A stretch of 64,000 bases of DNA from Octopus vulgaris (GCA_951406725.2 OX597815.1:191704001-191768000), one strand, 5' to 3'; shown: positions 1 to 13,556, counted from the first letter of the stretch. Translations and numbers: made by a program. The notes: generated from the letters alone by a model not told the origin.

Positions 1-620
1 AATTTGAACTCAGAACGTAGCGGCAAACGAAATACCCATTTCTTTACTACCCACAAGGGGCTAAACACAGAGAGGACAAACAAGGACAGACAAACGGATT
101 AAGTCGATTATATCGACCCCAGTTCGTAACTGGTACTTAATTTATCGACCCCGAAAGGATGAAAGGCAAAGTCGACCTAGGTGGAATTTGAACTCAGAAC
201 GTAACGGCAGACGTAATACCTATTTCTTTACTACCCACAAGGGGCTAAACACAGAGAGGACAAACAAGGACAGACAAACGGATTAAGTCGATTATATCGA
301 CCCCAGTTCGTAACTGGTACTTAATTTATCGACCCCGAAAGGATGAAAGGCAAGTCGATCTCAGCGGAATTTGAACTCAGAACGTAGCGGCAAACGAAAT
401 ACCCATTTCTTTACTACCCACAGGGGGCTAAACACAGAGGACAAACAAGGACAGACAAACGGATTAAGTCGATTGCATCGACCTCAGTGCGTAACTGGTA
501 CTTAATTTATCGACCCCGAAAGGAGGAAGGCAAAGTCGACCTCGGCGGAATTTGAACTCAGAACGTAACGGCAGACGAAATACTGCTAAGCATTTCGTCT
601 GGCCTGCTAACGTTTCTGCC
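1..620 (-). mobile_element. Tandem array (~3.4 units, ~181-185 bp period) of tRNA-derived SINE family A
   Basis: AATTTGAACTCAGAACG recurs at ~1, 186, 368 and 549. The minus strand gives an A-box-like TGGCAGAAACGTT and a B-box GAGTTCAAATTCC. Many dispersed copies occur in the window. Confidence 0.9.
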
Positions 621-1136
621 ACTTATATTGAGATCAGACCCAGCGATCTTCTTAACCATACAGTCATATCTTGTCATATCATCCTTTAAGGCGGTATGTC
701 GCAATATGAGATCATTTAGTTGTTTCTTTCTAAAACGTCAAGGCTTCAGCGCTTTCTTTGGCTTCATTGTTAAATGTTGCTGCTGGAACCATTGAAAAGT
801 TACCGCGTTTATCCTTAGGCCACCCATCTGCTTTCTATCAAGAAAACTTTGATCATATAAATCAATCATTGTTGTAGCTTATGGGATGAGACTTGTCACT
901 AAAGTTTGTCAAATAATTTTAAGGTATTCACAATTTTAAAATGAATTATTACATCATATGAGTTGGCTATTAAGATATCTAAGTTCAACGTTCCTCTGCC
1001 CTTCGGCTATATATATCTCAAAAGAAGCCAATATCATAATTATAATGAGACTGACATCGCCTTTGTAGTATGAAACGAGTTAACCGGGTATCGATAAAAA
1101 GTACTGGACTTGTGTGTCAGCGTTTTCGCCCTAGAT

Positions 1137-2052
1137 CAGTGACCCTCAACCATTTTTTTTTATCTATGGTCCTCTTTGATTCCTATTTAATTCTGGTGGA
1201 CATCCATAGCCATTCGATGTTTAAAAACTAGTGTTATAGATACCCCTTTCAAAAATTTTTATTTTGTTTTTCATACATTAAACCTTAAAGTCGCCTTAAA
1301 GGATGATATGACAAGATATGACTTGTATGGTTAAGAAGATCGCTTCGCAACTGCGTAGACTGGGTCTGATCTCAATATAAGTGGCAGAAACGTTAGCAGG
1401 CCAGACGAAATGCTTAGCAGTATTTCGTCTGCCGTTACGTTCTGAGTTCAAATTCCGCCGAGGTCGACTTTGCCTTTCATCCTTTCAAATTCATGCCGAT
1501 CGTCCGTTTACACTGACCCTTAATTTTTTAAGGGTATAAAAAACAAATACTTGATACAAATTGTGATTTGTGTATGATCTGTATCAAAGAATGAAACGTG
1601 TTCTTAACGCGTATGCAGTCTGTATCAAACGGATTTCAATGAAATTTTTTCCAGTTATTTAGGTCAAAATAATCGTACCTGTGAATTTTCAGGTAATTTC
1701 AATCACTAGAAAAAATTCGGCACGAATGGGTTAACCTGTATAAGTTGAACTATGTAAAACGTGACAGAAAGAAGCCTAGCTGTTTCTTGCAATAAATATA
1801 TCTAAAGCAAAATTGTTTTCATGGTCCCTTAAGATATCACTGTTGAGCCCCAGTTTACTATTTTGCTTGCGTAAACCCCTAAAAATCTCACAAGAACTCT
1901 GGCTGAACAGGGCAGTGGATTAAAGCAGAATTGTTTTCATGGTCCCTTAAGATATCACTGTTGAGCCCCAGTTTACTATTTTGCTTGCGTAAACCCCTAA
2001 AAATCTTACAAGAACTCACTACCCTGGCTGAACAGGGCAGTGGGAATCATTG
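1137..2052. mobile_element. Degenerate hAT-like MITE carrying nested insertions and a ~119 bp direct duplication (1810-1918/1929-2043)
   Basis: Imperfect TIRs CAGTGACCCTCAAC ... GTGGGAATCATTG. The TSD is unclear. Confidence 0.45.
1278..1734. mobile_element. piggyBac-like MITE with its left TIR disrupted by an inverted local duplication
   Basis: Right end TTCGGCACGAATGGG|TTAA at 1716-1734. Left TIR remnant ATTCATGCCGA at ~1489. TTAA at 1278-1281. Confidence 0.55.
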
Positions 2053-2125
2053 CTCTGACTGAGTAGATTTGTAATTAGAGGGGTTCAACCATGACCACCA
2101 CATCTAACTTACGGTATTATATACT

Positions 2126-2461
2126 GAGACCCCTTTCGGTCATGAATGACCATGGTATTGCACCTAGAAAGTTACCCTCCCAGGCACAAGTCCGGGCAAG
2201 GTTGTTTATGGAAGACCAGTAGTCGCCCATGCATACCGGCCTCCCCTCTCCAGGCCACCAGTGTTACCCAAGGGAAAGGCAAAGGCCGATACAGCTTGGC
2301 ACCTGTGACGTCGCAACTCATTTCTACAGCTGAGTGAACTGGAGCAACATGGAATAAAGTGTCTTGCTCAAGAACACAACACGCAACCCGGTCCGGGATT
2401 CGAACTCACGACCTCGCGACCGTAAGCTCGACGCTCTAACCACCGAGTCATGCGCCTTCAC
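2126..2461 (-). mobile_element. tRNA-derived SINE family D with 15-bp TSD
   Basis: Head GGCGCATGACTCGGTGGTTAG...GAGTTCGAATCCC (A/B boxes). Perfect TSD ACGGTATTATATACT at 2111-2125 and 2462-2476. Confidence 0.9.
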
Positions 2462-3289
2462 ACGGTATTATATACTTAAGGTTATATCATTTGATGTTTG
2501 CTTCCTTTTAAAGACGTTGGTGTTTAATTAATAGATATTTATCCGGTACTTTCGGCTTCGTTTATGTCTCTTAAAGTATATGGTCAAATCAAGATTGTAT
2601 TTTTCTGATCATGGTGGATTTTCTCCTCCAAAGTATTTTGGTGTTCCCGCTAAGAACTGTACTTTCACAGAATTATTTTAGAATTTCTGCGATATCTAGA
2701 GACTAATTTTATCACAAAGATGGTAACTTTACCATTTTACGTCATTGTATTAAACTTCCATCAGCTGCAGATGAGTAAATTGTAATCACAAAACAAAAAA
2801 AGAAGCATTTTCTAGCACATCGGAAAGAAAAAAACAAAAACAACAAACATCTTGGATTTCATAGGAAGTAATTGTTATGTAATCATCACAACAGACATGA
2901 ACAATCAACGTTGCCCATTGTCTCCCTTGATACAAGGACATTCAGTAAGTTTCCCGCCACAACAAATACCTTGTACAACAATGGCAGTCTAATAAAGTAT
3001 CTCGTATCGTTAACACGTTTTTTCAGTCTCTCTCACTTTCTTAATCTTTCATACTAAGTACTCACTACTTCCTTTAATACTCAATACATTATATATAACA
3101 ACAACAGTAATAAGCCGTCATCGTTTTCAATCGCCAGCATGAAGGTTCGAATCTTCATATTTCTAGCTGGTTAAACGTGTATGTCAACACTTTCGTAGCC
3201 GTCTACATCGCTTCACGTGCATGGTGACAAGAAAGCCGAGTGCAGTGCACGAAGTTGTTTAGAGAAGACCAAACATGCAGTGTCTTTTT

Positions 3290-3942
3290 TTATCTTTATC
3301 CTTTGTTTGTTTCGGTCATTGGACTGCGGCCATGCTGGAGCACCACTTTGAAGAGTTTAGGTCGAAGAAATCGAACCCAGTACTTAATTCTAAGCCTGGT
3401 ACTTATACTACCAAGCTCTTTGCCGAACCATTTAGTTACAGGGACGTAAACAAAACAACACTGGTTGTCAAGCAGTGGTGGGGGCCAAACAAGACACAAG
3501 CACACACACATACACAAGTATATAGATATATCTTTTACTCTTTTACTTGTTTCAGTCATTTGACTGCGGCCATGCTTCGATATCTTGAGACTGATTCAAT
3601 CACAAAGATCGTAACTTTACCATTTTCGTCATTGTACATTGCACACGCACATGTATCCATACATACTTCTACATACATACATACATACAAAAATACATGT
3701 GTACATTCATACACACATGCACGCATACACACGCACACGCACGCATACATACACACGCACGCATACACACGCACACACACGCGCGCACGCATACACACGC
3801 GTGCACGCATACACACAGATGAGTAAATTGTAATCACAAAAAAAGTAGAAGACACTTGCTCAAGGTGCCACGCAGAGGAACTGAACCCGGAACCATGTGG
3901 TTGGTAAGCAAACTGCTTACCACACAGCCACTCCTGCGCCTA
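3290..3942 (-). mobile_element. Two SINE family B copies; the second has its interior replaced by a templated insertion (3578-3845)
   Basis: Matches the family B tail (CTTTTACTTGTTTCAGTCATTTGACTGCGGCCATGCT) and head (...CACACAGCCACTCCTGCGCC). Confidence 0.85.
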
Positions 3943-4339
3943 TTTGGTTCAATGAACTGGTGGTGGTTGGTCAAAATAAACCCTAAAACTTCACCCAGGA
4001 AGAGAAAACACATACATCACTAAATGCACAAGTATGTAAATAACTAGCTAACAAACTAACTATTTAAGTAGCTAATTAGTTAGCTAGCTTACTTACTTAC
4101 TTACTAACTGACCTACTGACCGACTAATTAATTAATTAATTAATCGTCTAACGAAGTAACAAAATTTCCCGTTACTCGCAATCGAATATGGCTTCGTAGC
4201 AATATGAAAAATGTTTACGGTTCTCTTTTAGTTGGTCATGTGATGATCACAAGAGGACAAAGATGCAAAGGTCATCATCGTGACCTTTGCATCTTTGAAA
4301 AATCGAGACCGCAAAGATGTTGCGGTTAGAAGATGGAAG

Positions 4340-4508
4340 GCTGCACCTCAGTATTTCGGCTGCTAATTTATTTTTTATCATTTATTTTTTATCGACTCCG
4401 GAACGACGACAGGTAAAGCTGACATTGGTGTAGGATTCGAACTCGGAACTTAAACAACCGGAACAAATACAGCAAAGCTTTAAACGGTTCTAGCAATTCA
4501 CCGCCTAA
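4340..4508 (-). mobile_element. Degenerate SINE A-related copy
   Basis: TTATCGACTCCGGAACG...GGATTCGAACTCGGAAC...TTCACCGCC resembles family A. Confidence 0.5.
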
Positions 4509-4509
4509 A

Positions 4510-4518
4510 CGCGCGCGT

Positions 4519-4580
<62 letters not shown>

Positions 4581-5223
4581 CTACATACATACATACAAAA
4601 ATACATGCGTACATTCATACACACACGCACGCATGCACACGCACGCATGCACACGCACGCATGCACACGCACGCATACGCACGCGCACGCTCGCACGCTT
4701 ACACACGCACGCATACACACGCACACATACACACGCACATGCACACATACCCACACACACATACCCACACACACGCACGCATGCACACGCACGCATGCAC
4801 ACACGCACGCATGCACACACACGCACGCATGCACACGCATACACATACGCACATACACATACGCACATACACATACGCACATACACATACGCACATACAC
4901 ATACGCACATACACATACGCACATACACATACGCACATACACATACGCACATACACATACATACCCACACACATACATACGCACATACACATACGCACAT
5001 ACACATACGCACATACATACATACACACACACACATACACACACACATACATACACACACACACATACATACACACACACATACATACACACACACATAC
5101 ATACACACACACACACATACACACACACACACATACATACACACACACATACATACACACACACATACATACACACATACATACATACACACATACATAC
5201 ACACATACACATACACATACATA
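4510..5223. repeat. Compound (CA)n/(CATA)n/(CACATACG) micro/minisatellite
   Basis: Direct reading; explains the His/Thr and Val/Cys ORFs. Confidence 0.95.
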
Positions 5224-5299
5224 CAATTCGGTCTAAGGTCAGGAAAGAAAAAAAAAACGAAATGTTTTCACCCATAATGCATCATGTCTAAATACAACC

Positions 5300-5545
5300 A
5301 GGAAGAAATACTATATCAAGTTCGACAGCAAAATTTAGGTAATCATCTTTGAAACTGTTGGCAAAGCTGCGGGAAAACTGCATAATGAGAAGACACCAGG
5401 GAGAGATCTGATAACCCCAACTATTAGATCTGGTACAAAATGTCGACTTTCTTTAGAAAGTCACTCATGTGTACATTTAAAGGAACTAGCAAGGCAAAAC
5501 TGACACGAGATTGGCTTACCACAGCACAAGCAAATCTTGTAAGCA
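5300..5545 (+). pseudogene. Decayed R4/Dong-type LINE RT-upstream fragment
   Basis: Translates piecewise to KAAGKLHNEKTPGRDLIT..WYK..DWLTTAQANLVS, like the R4-clade NWKAPGPD/WLT motifs. Confidence 0.5.
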
Positions 5546-5735
5546 ACAATGAAAGAACGACTTGATGAGAGAGGCGGTTCGTTCTATGCTTCATCCGTAT
5601 CTTCTGGAATCACTATCTTTGAGAGAAGTACTGGTTCTAGTAGCTGCCATTGAAAAGTTTACAAAAGACCAGATTATAAATTCGAATTTCTACCAACGAT
5701 AATTGGTACACATGGTTTTGTGAGTAAATGTTTAA

Positions 5736-5954
5736 CCCTTTAGTGTTCAGATTATCCTATCAAACATAATGCTTAATGATTCCCATTGATTTGAATTAAT
5801 CATGCATTATCTCATATCTTCAAGATCTTGATGGTGTAATTACTTAATGTAGAATAACATTGTAGGGTATGTGTGAGGGCCTGGATCTGGTCAGTTTGAA
5901 CATAAAACAGATTAACTATTTTGGCCAGATATGGCCGGTTTAAATACTAAAGGG
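5736..5954. mobile_element. piggyBac-like MITE
   Basis: TTAA|CCCTTTAGTGTT ... AATACTAAAGGG|TTAA gives TIRs plus a TTAA TSD. A degenerate relative lies at ~43455-43680. Confidence 0.85.
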
Positions 5955-5974
5955 TTAAGCTAAAATCTGAAAAA

Positions 5975-6222
5975 TTTAGGGTTTGCAGAAAAAAAAATCA
6001 ACCAGCTGACACGGACATTTTAAATGTTCCTGGCCTTAAGGGAGTCGCAAAAGGCCTGGCTGGAACCCCGACCTTCCGAGTTCATTTACAAGGCTTAGAA
6101 AAACTGAAGGACCGCTGCAATAAGTGTTCTGAGAGGGGATTATGTTGAATGAAATAATAATTAACTGATCCTCCTGTATTTTCTTTTACCCAAAGCCAGA
6201 AACTTTTCAACACTCCTTCGTA
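5975..6222 (+). mobile_element. mariner-type transposon 3' end
   Basis: GLEKLKDRCNKC..GDYVE* C-terminus (frameshifted), then TIR-like AGAAACTTTTCAACACTCCTTCG|TA. Confidence 0.7.
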
Positions 6223-6343
6223 TTTCTGTGGAAAGTATACATGTAATCAACAGTTGACTCAAAATGCTATCAAAATATAACTTACCAATAAAGAATGTTG
6301 TTGTTGCTGAAACAATATAAAATGTCTCTCATGAGGAAGATTA

Positions 6344-6646
6344 TCTTTAAATATAAAACTGAAGTTGTGTGAGAGTCTGTCTCCTCCGATTTAGATTCCT
6401 AATTACTCCCACATTTTGCGGTGCAGTTTAACCAAAAGCGGGTATCTTATAGTCGTGATTCATATCAAACCCTTCTGGGTATTAGCGCGCGTCTACGATG
6501 AGTCTACGATTTAAAAAAAAAATTACCATTTTTTTCGTTTTTTTAATGCATTTTTTGCTCGGTTTATATAAGGGAAGTAACTCTCTAAAAATGCTTATAT
6601 AGTTATTTCCCTTACAAACCCGAGCAACGCCAGGCGATACTGCTAG
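6344..6646 (+). mobile_element. Non-autonomous Helitron
   Basis: A|TC 5' end, subterminal hairpin CCCGAGCAACGCCAGG, CTAG|T 3' end, no TSD. Confidence 0.85.
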
Positions 6647-6983
6647 TCTTGGTATAAAGTTTCAATAGCTTAAGAAATAATATTGGAATCTTGCAGTCAA
6701 AAACATAAGCCAATTGTAAATACCATAAGTCCAGTGCCGTTCTGGGTACAAAGGAGGTAAAAAAATGCACAATTATAGAAATCAGTATCACTGCAATTGA
6801 AAGGAATATGGGAGAAATATAGTTCTTTCAAAACCAGTGAGTACGGCAATATTCATGGACCCATGTATATATATATATATCAATTAATAAATTTTAAGGT
6901 AGCAAAAAATTCTAGAAAAATTCTCCGCTACCAGCGGTCAAGTGAGAAAGGAAAAATAGTCAATAGACTATATAATATACATT

Positions 6984-7194
6984 CAAACATATAAGGGATG
7001 GCCATAATAGGACATCCGACTCACTAGAAAGAGCAGCTAAACTCCAAACCACTAATAGTTGTAATTCTGAAATGGAAAGGGTAAACGTTTTTATTTCTCT
7101 TTCCGTTTCAGAATTACAACTATTAGTGGTTTGGAGTTTAGCTGCTCTTTCTAGTGAGTCGGATGTCCTATTATGGCCATCCCTTATATGTTTG
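6984..7194. repeat. Near-perfect ~95 bp inverted repeat with ~18 nt spacer between (TA)n tracts
   Basis: CAAACATATAAGGGATGGCC...TCTGAAATGGAAAG versus CTTTCCGTTTCAGA...GGCCATCCCTTATATGTTTG. Confidence 0.95.
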
Positions 7195-7196
7195 TG

Positions 7197-7255
<59 letters not shown>

Positions 7256-7603
7256 TTATTCATTCATTCATTCATTCATATGTCTTTCTGTCTCGATCAA
7301 TCAATCAATAGTTATGGCCAGTAATAGTGTCTATAGGTTTTTGCATCCTATAAAGCGCATAGCAGTATATGCAACTCATATGGCCCGGGGGGGGGGGGGC
7401 TTCCACCATTTGAGTTTGCTGAGCCACCACCTGTACTGCTAAGTGCTTCATAGGGTCGAAACCAATGGCATTTTATAACCGGCCATAACTTTTAACTTCC
7501 TAAAAATACTGTATGTCACTGTTCTAATGCTTTAGAGTGTACTTTTTTGTAGGATATATGAACTATGAACTACTGACGATATCTGTGATACATCTATCTA
7601 GAA

Positions 7604-7652
<49 letters not shown>

Positions 7653-7734
7653 CTTTTATCTCTGTCTGTCTGTTCTCAATGCATTCTCAAACGGCTCACT
7701 CAAATCAAATTTTACATGGTAATACTATCAGACC

Positions 7735-8945
7735 CCGTGAGTGTCAAACATGTATTTTATTTATTTTGTAATTTCGATTAAAACAATCCAACATCGGTAC
7801 TGGTTCGGTATTACGTGTCAAAAGTGAAAGAATAAGATCTATATTGTAATGTGATATAATGTTTCACTTTTATACTTTTACTTTTAAATCTAACTACGAC
7901 GACGACTTCACATTTTTGTATAGGACTGTGTATCTGTCTGTGAATATGTATGTAAATGTATGAGTGTGTATATGTCTTGCTGTGTGTCTTTCCGCGTTAG
8001 GTACGTTATTAAACATACTGCGTGTCACCCTATGAGGATTGGTCAGTGTCAATACGAAATTTTATTTTCATTTCGATTAAAACAATATAACATTTCATAG
8101 AGATAAACTTTTTGTCAAGAGGACATTTCATATCACAACGACATCGTATTCTGTATGTGACTGTGTATCTGTCTGTGAGCGTGTATCTGTCTGTGAGCGT
8201 GTATAAGTGTACAAGTGTGTATATGTCTCATAGTATGTTTCCGTGTTAGGTACGCTATTAAACACACACACACACATCTACATAAACATATGTAACGGCT
8301 GACATGCGTGACTGTATGCTTCTGTGTGGCTATCTTAGTATATGTATGTGTGTATGTTAGGAACATTTCATACCACAACGACGTCACATCTTTATATATA
8401 AAAGAGAGGTTGTGTGCTGTCTGTCTCCTACGATTTAGATTCCTAACTACTCCCACATTTTGCGGTGCAGTTTAACCAAAACCGGGTATCTTATAGTCGT
8501 GATTCATATCGAGCCCTTCTGGGTATTAGCGCTCGTCTACGATGAGTCTACGATTAAAAAAAAAATTACCATCAATTTTTCCCATTTTTAATGCATTTTT
8601 GGCTTATATAAGGGAAGTAACTCTCTAAAAATTTATTATTAAATCTCAGAACGTAAAAAGCTACAGTAACACCCCCCCTTTGTGGTTAGCCATATTAAGA
8701 TGGCTATTATACTTTACATCTCTAAAAATGCTTATATAGTTATTTCCCTTACAAACCCGAGCAACGCCGGGCGATACTGCTAGTTTAGTATATGACTGTA
8801 TATCTATCTCTGAGTGTATGAGTAACTATGTGTCTGCGAGTGTGTGTGTGTGTGTTTCTGCGTTACGTACGTTATTAAATACACACACACATCTAGACAT
8901 ATATGTTGACGACTGTGATACCTGAATGTGTGTTTGCGTGTGCTA
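7735..8945 (+). repeat. Diverged local tandem repeat (~3 units) interrupted by a Helitron
   Basis: GACTGTGTATCTGTCTGTGA...GTTAGGTACGYTATTAAA recurs at ~7924, 8159 and 8794. Confidence 0.65.
8389..8783 (+). mobile_element. Non-autonomous Helitron
   Basis: A|TCTTTATATATAAAA...CCCGAGCAACGCCGGGCGATACTGCTAG|T. The reconstructed empty site matches the neighbouring repeat unit with no TSD. Confidence 0.9.
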
Positions 8946-9342
8946 GAGGTGAAACTCTTGGAAAAATAAAACAATGAGGTAGCAAGGTTCAAGATATATA
9001 TATAAAAATACTCATTTACTGTTCCATTACCAGTTAACAATTATCGCGGCATTTGTAAGATTGCAAAATATTCACAATTATATATTTACTCTTACATTAA
9101 GAAATTTATATACATACATAATTCTTTGTCTCTCTCTGTAATAATTATTGTGGAATTTACCGTTAAATTAGCAGTTCCATACATGTAGTATTTCGTTCAT
9201 TTGCTTGTATTTCGTTACAGACATACTATATACATATGGCGCGGTAAGCCATTATTATGCCTTATTTTTTCAATTCATTCATTACTACATATTCTCATGT
9301 GACTACATAGCTTCACTTTGCTTCTTATTCTACAGCTACACC

Positions 9343-9725
9343 TGGAAGCACTGCGTCGGTTACGACGATGAGGGTTCCGGTTGATCCGAATCAATGGAAC
9401 AGCCTGCTCGTGAAATTAACGTGTAAGTGGCTGAGCACTCCACAGACACGTGTACCTTTAACGTAGTTCTCGGGGATATTCAGCGTGACACAGAGAGTGA
9501 CAAGGCCGGCCCTTTGAAATACAGGTACAACAGAAACAGGAAGTAAGAGTGAAAGAAAGTTGTGGTGAAAGAGTACAGCAGGGATCACCATCATCCCCTG
9601 CCGGAGCCTCGAGGAATTTAGGTGTTTTCGCTCAATAAACACTCACAACGCCCGGTCTGGGAATCGAAACCGCGATCCTACGACCGCGAGTCCGCTGCCC
9701 TAACCACTGGGCCATTGCGCCGCCA
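9343..9725 (-). mobile_element. tRNA-derived SINE family C
   Basis: Head GGCGCAATGGCCCAGTGGTTAGGGC...GGTTTCGATTCCC. Near-identical copy at 39034-39416. Confidence 0.9.
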
Positions 9726-9982
9726 CATAATATCTCCATTACGCCTCCATTCATTTGACTGTCAACCATACGACGGGTCATGTTGGATGCAGCGCTGACC
9801 GCCTCAAAGGCGAGTATATCCACTGACAGCTTTTCGGTGGGATCACAAATTACATAACACCCCCACTCTCACTTACTCCATCATTTACTCCACAAATGTT
9901 TTGTCGTCAATGCTGCACTTTCCCGTATCACCTGTTTCAACATAACTGTAATATATATATACACACACTATACCATTTTAAT

Positions 9983-10010
9983 CCCGAGCAACGCCAGGTA
10001 TCTCTGCTAG
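9983..10010 (+). mobile_element. Orphan Helitron 3' terminus
   Basis: CCCGAGCAACGCCAGG-TATCTCTG-CTAG|T; the 5' end was not located. Confidence 0.6.
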
Positions 10011-10025
10011 TATATATATATATAT

Positions 10026-10252
10026 ATACTCTCTTATACTCTTTTACTTGTTTCATTCGACTGTGGCCATGCTGGAGCACCGCCTTTAGTCGAGCAAATC
10101 GGCCCCAGGACTTATTCTTTGCAAGCCTAGCACTTATTTTATCGGCCTCTTTTGCCGAACCGCTAAATTACAGGGGACGTAAACACGCCAGCATCGGTTG
10201 TCAAGCGATGTTGGGGGGACAAACACAGACACACAAACATATACACACGCAC

Positions 10253-10318
<66 letters not shown>

Positions 10319-10673
10319 GACGGGCTTCTTTAAGTTTCCGTCTACAAAAAACACTCACAAGGCTTTGGTCGGCCCGAGGCTATAGTAGAAGACACTTGCC
10401 CAAGGTGCCACGCAGTGAGACTGAACCCGGAACCATGTGATTCGTAAGCAAGCTACTTACCACACAGCCACTCCTATACGTCGTTTATTTTTTACTCATT
10501 TCAGTCATTAGACTATGGCCATGCTGGGGCACTGCCTTGAAGAATTTTAGTTGAACAAATCGACCCCAGTAGTTATTTTATGAAAGCCTAGTACTTACTC
10601 TGTCGACGCTTTTGCTGAACCGCTAAGTTACGGTGATGTAATCACGTCAACGCCAGTTGTCAAGAAGTGGTTT

Positions 10674-10710
<37 letters not shown>

Positions 10711-10882
10711 TATATGTACGATGAGGTTCTTTCAGTTTCCGTCTACCAAATCCAATTAGAAAGCTTTGATCAGCCCGAGGTTATTAGTAAAAGACTTTCC
10801 CAGTGTGACACGCAGTGGAACTGAACCCGGAAACCATGTGGTTCAGAAGGAAACTTTTTACAACACAGCCACGCCTGCGCCT
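10026..10882 (-). mobile_element. Two adjacent SINE B copies (10026-10475 younger, 10485-10882 more diverged)
   Basis: Family B head, CORE-like GGCACCTTGGGCAAGTGTCTT segment, internal (TA)/(CA) tract and AAAAGAGT tail. Confidence 0.9.
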
Positions 10883-10884
10883 AT

Positions 10885-11837
10885 ATAAATATAAAGATAT
10901 ATAGATGAACGCGCACGCGCATACGCACTAACACAGTCACGTAGACATACAGACATGCGTACGAACATCGATAGGATATTATTACATACGTACGTACGTA
11001 CGTACGTACGTACTTACACATGCATATATGTACAAAGAATACATACGCACACATGTATAGAGAGATGAAGATAGACAGGTAGAGAAATAGAGAGGGAGAG
11101 AGAGAGAGAGAGATGTACGTACACTCGTATGCATCGAATGCCTGTTTGTATGACTGCAAAGTTGTGTACACACGCATGCATGCATAAATTCATTCTTTAG
11201 TACATAGATACAGACTTACATACACACACATCAACACATATCAACACACACTCATACATGCATATTACATGCATACATACATACATACATTCATTCATAC
11301 ATAGATACACACATACACGCTTACATACATGCACACACATACATACACACATGCACATTTCACGCATACATACATACATAAATTCATTCTTTCATACATA
11401 TATACACATACACACAATCTACATATACATGCATACATAAATTCATTTTCATACATATACACACATACAGACATACATTAATGCATAAATTCATTCTTTC
11501 ATGCATATATGCATGCACACAAATACATACATGCATGCACACAAATACACATACATACATGCATGCACAAAAATACACATACATACATGCACACAAATAT
11601 ACACACATACATGCACACACACACACACACACACACACTCATACACACTTACATGAACACACACATATATACACACATATCTACACACACATACATGCAC
11701 ACACACACACACACTTACATGACACACACATACATGCACACACACACATGAACACACTCATACACACTTACATGAACACACTCATACACACTTACATGAA
11801 CACACACATATATACACACATATATACATACATATCT

Positions 11838-11870
<33 letters not shown>

Positions 11871-12461
11871 CATATTAATGCATACATAAAATCATTTTCA
11901 TACATATTCACACATACACACACACACACACACACATCTAAATGCACACACACACACACACACACATACATGCATACATAAATTCATTGTTTCGTACACA
12001 CACACACACAGATACACACGCGTGTGCATTGGGCATTGTTTAACAGATAAACATTGAAGTTCTGCAAGCTTGGCTGATAAGAGAACATAGACAATGTCAC
12101 AGACGTGTGTCTGCGCGTACGTTTGAACAAATAGAACTGCTGCGTAGGTGTGCGTGTGCGCGCACAATTACGCGCGCGACTGTGCGCGTGCGTGTGTGTG
12201 CGTATGTATTATGTGTGTCAATTTGTGTTTATTGATGTAGTAAGATTGTATGTAACTGTGTTTGTGTGTGTGTGTTTGTTTGTGTGTGTGTTTGCTTGCA
12301 CATGCTAAAACGTGGTCCATATTTGTCAAGCTAATTTTGTAAGAAGCTATTGAAACTAAATAATAGGAGTGTTAAAAAGGCAACAAGATAAATGTGACTG
12401 TGACAAGAAGCAAACCATTGAAAGGAATTATTAGCGAACACGGAGAGAGATAGAGGGAGAT

Positions 12462-12492
<31 letters not shown>

Positions 12493-12555
12493 TAGAGATA
12501 GAGAGAGGGAGATAGAGAGATAGATATATGTATATATAGAGAGATAGAGAGAGAA

Positions 12556-12590
<35 letters not shown>

Positions 12591-12790
12591 AAGAGAGAGA
12601 TAGAGATAGATAAAGATAGATAGAGAGAGAGAGTGAGAGATAGATAAAGATAGAAGAGAGAGAGAGTGAGAGATAGAGAGGTAGATAGATAGAGAGATAT
12701 AGAGAGATATATAGAGAGATAGATAGAGTGATAGAGAGAGTGATAGAGAGAGAGAGAGAGAGAGATTGATAGATAGAAAGAGAGAGAGAA
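10885..12790. repeat. Microsatellite-rich block ((CA)n, (CATA)n, (GA)n/(GATA)n) with short unique islands
   Basis: Direct reading. Confidence 0.85.
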
Positions 12791-13187
12791 AGGGTGGGGG
12801 AGACGGGGAGAAGGTGAGAAGGAAGAAGAATGACGGAGAGTGTATGCTTGCGTGTGTGTATACGTGTGGGTATGCTTGTGTATAAGCGTATGCGTATGTG
12901 TGTGTGTGTGTGTGTGTATCTCTATTGTGTGTTTGTGTCTGTGTGAATTTTTGCTTAGCTTCAAGTTTAACTTCTGATCAAAGGTGATTTATCTCGCGAC
13001 CATCCCGTTATATTTTCAAATTATATTTCAAATATAAATTATCAGCCCAATGTGTCCTACATATTTTAGATAAAAGAAAAAAAGAAGTCAATAAAATTAA
13101 TTTTGATGAGATTTGACTGCTGTTTCTCATCGGTTGAACAAGCGAGTGGAGGGCTCATTCGGAAAGGGCGTGGTATGTGTGTGTGTG

Positions 13188-13229
<42 letters not shown>

Positions 13230-13383
13230 CACTTGGTAGCTTATGTATTTGTGTATGTATGTCAAATATATGTATTTTATGAGTAGTTGCTTGCTTAAAT
13301 TTTTTTATAGTTTTCTGCATATATAGTGATTCTGGTATGTGTGTATGTATATATATGTATGTGTGTATGTATATATATGTATG

Positions 13384-13455
<72 letters not shown>

Positions 13456-13556
13456 AACGGGAAGCTTTATGAAAATAAACAAAAGACGAAGGCAGGTGGA
13501 GTACAAACAAACAATTGTATATATATAGGTTATGAGAAGTACATTTTTCTCGCACC

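Noticed and set aside
1-620. CRISPR-like regular repeat
   Set aside because: Whole ~180 bp units repeat with no unique spacers, the context is eukaryotic, and no cas genes are present.
2380-2461. tRNA gene (also 9650-9725, 39345-39416)
   Set aside because: These are SINE heads: continuous with the SINE body, and the 2126-2461 copy has a TSD.
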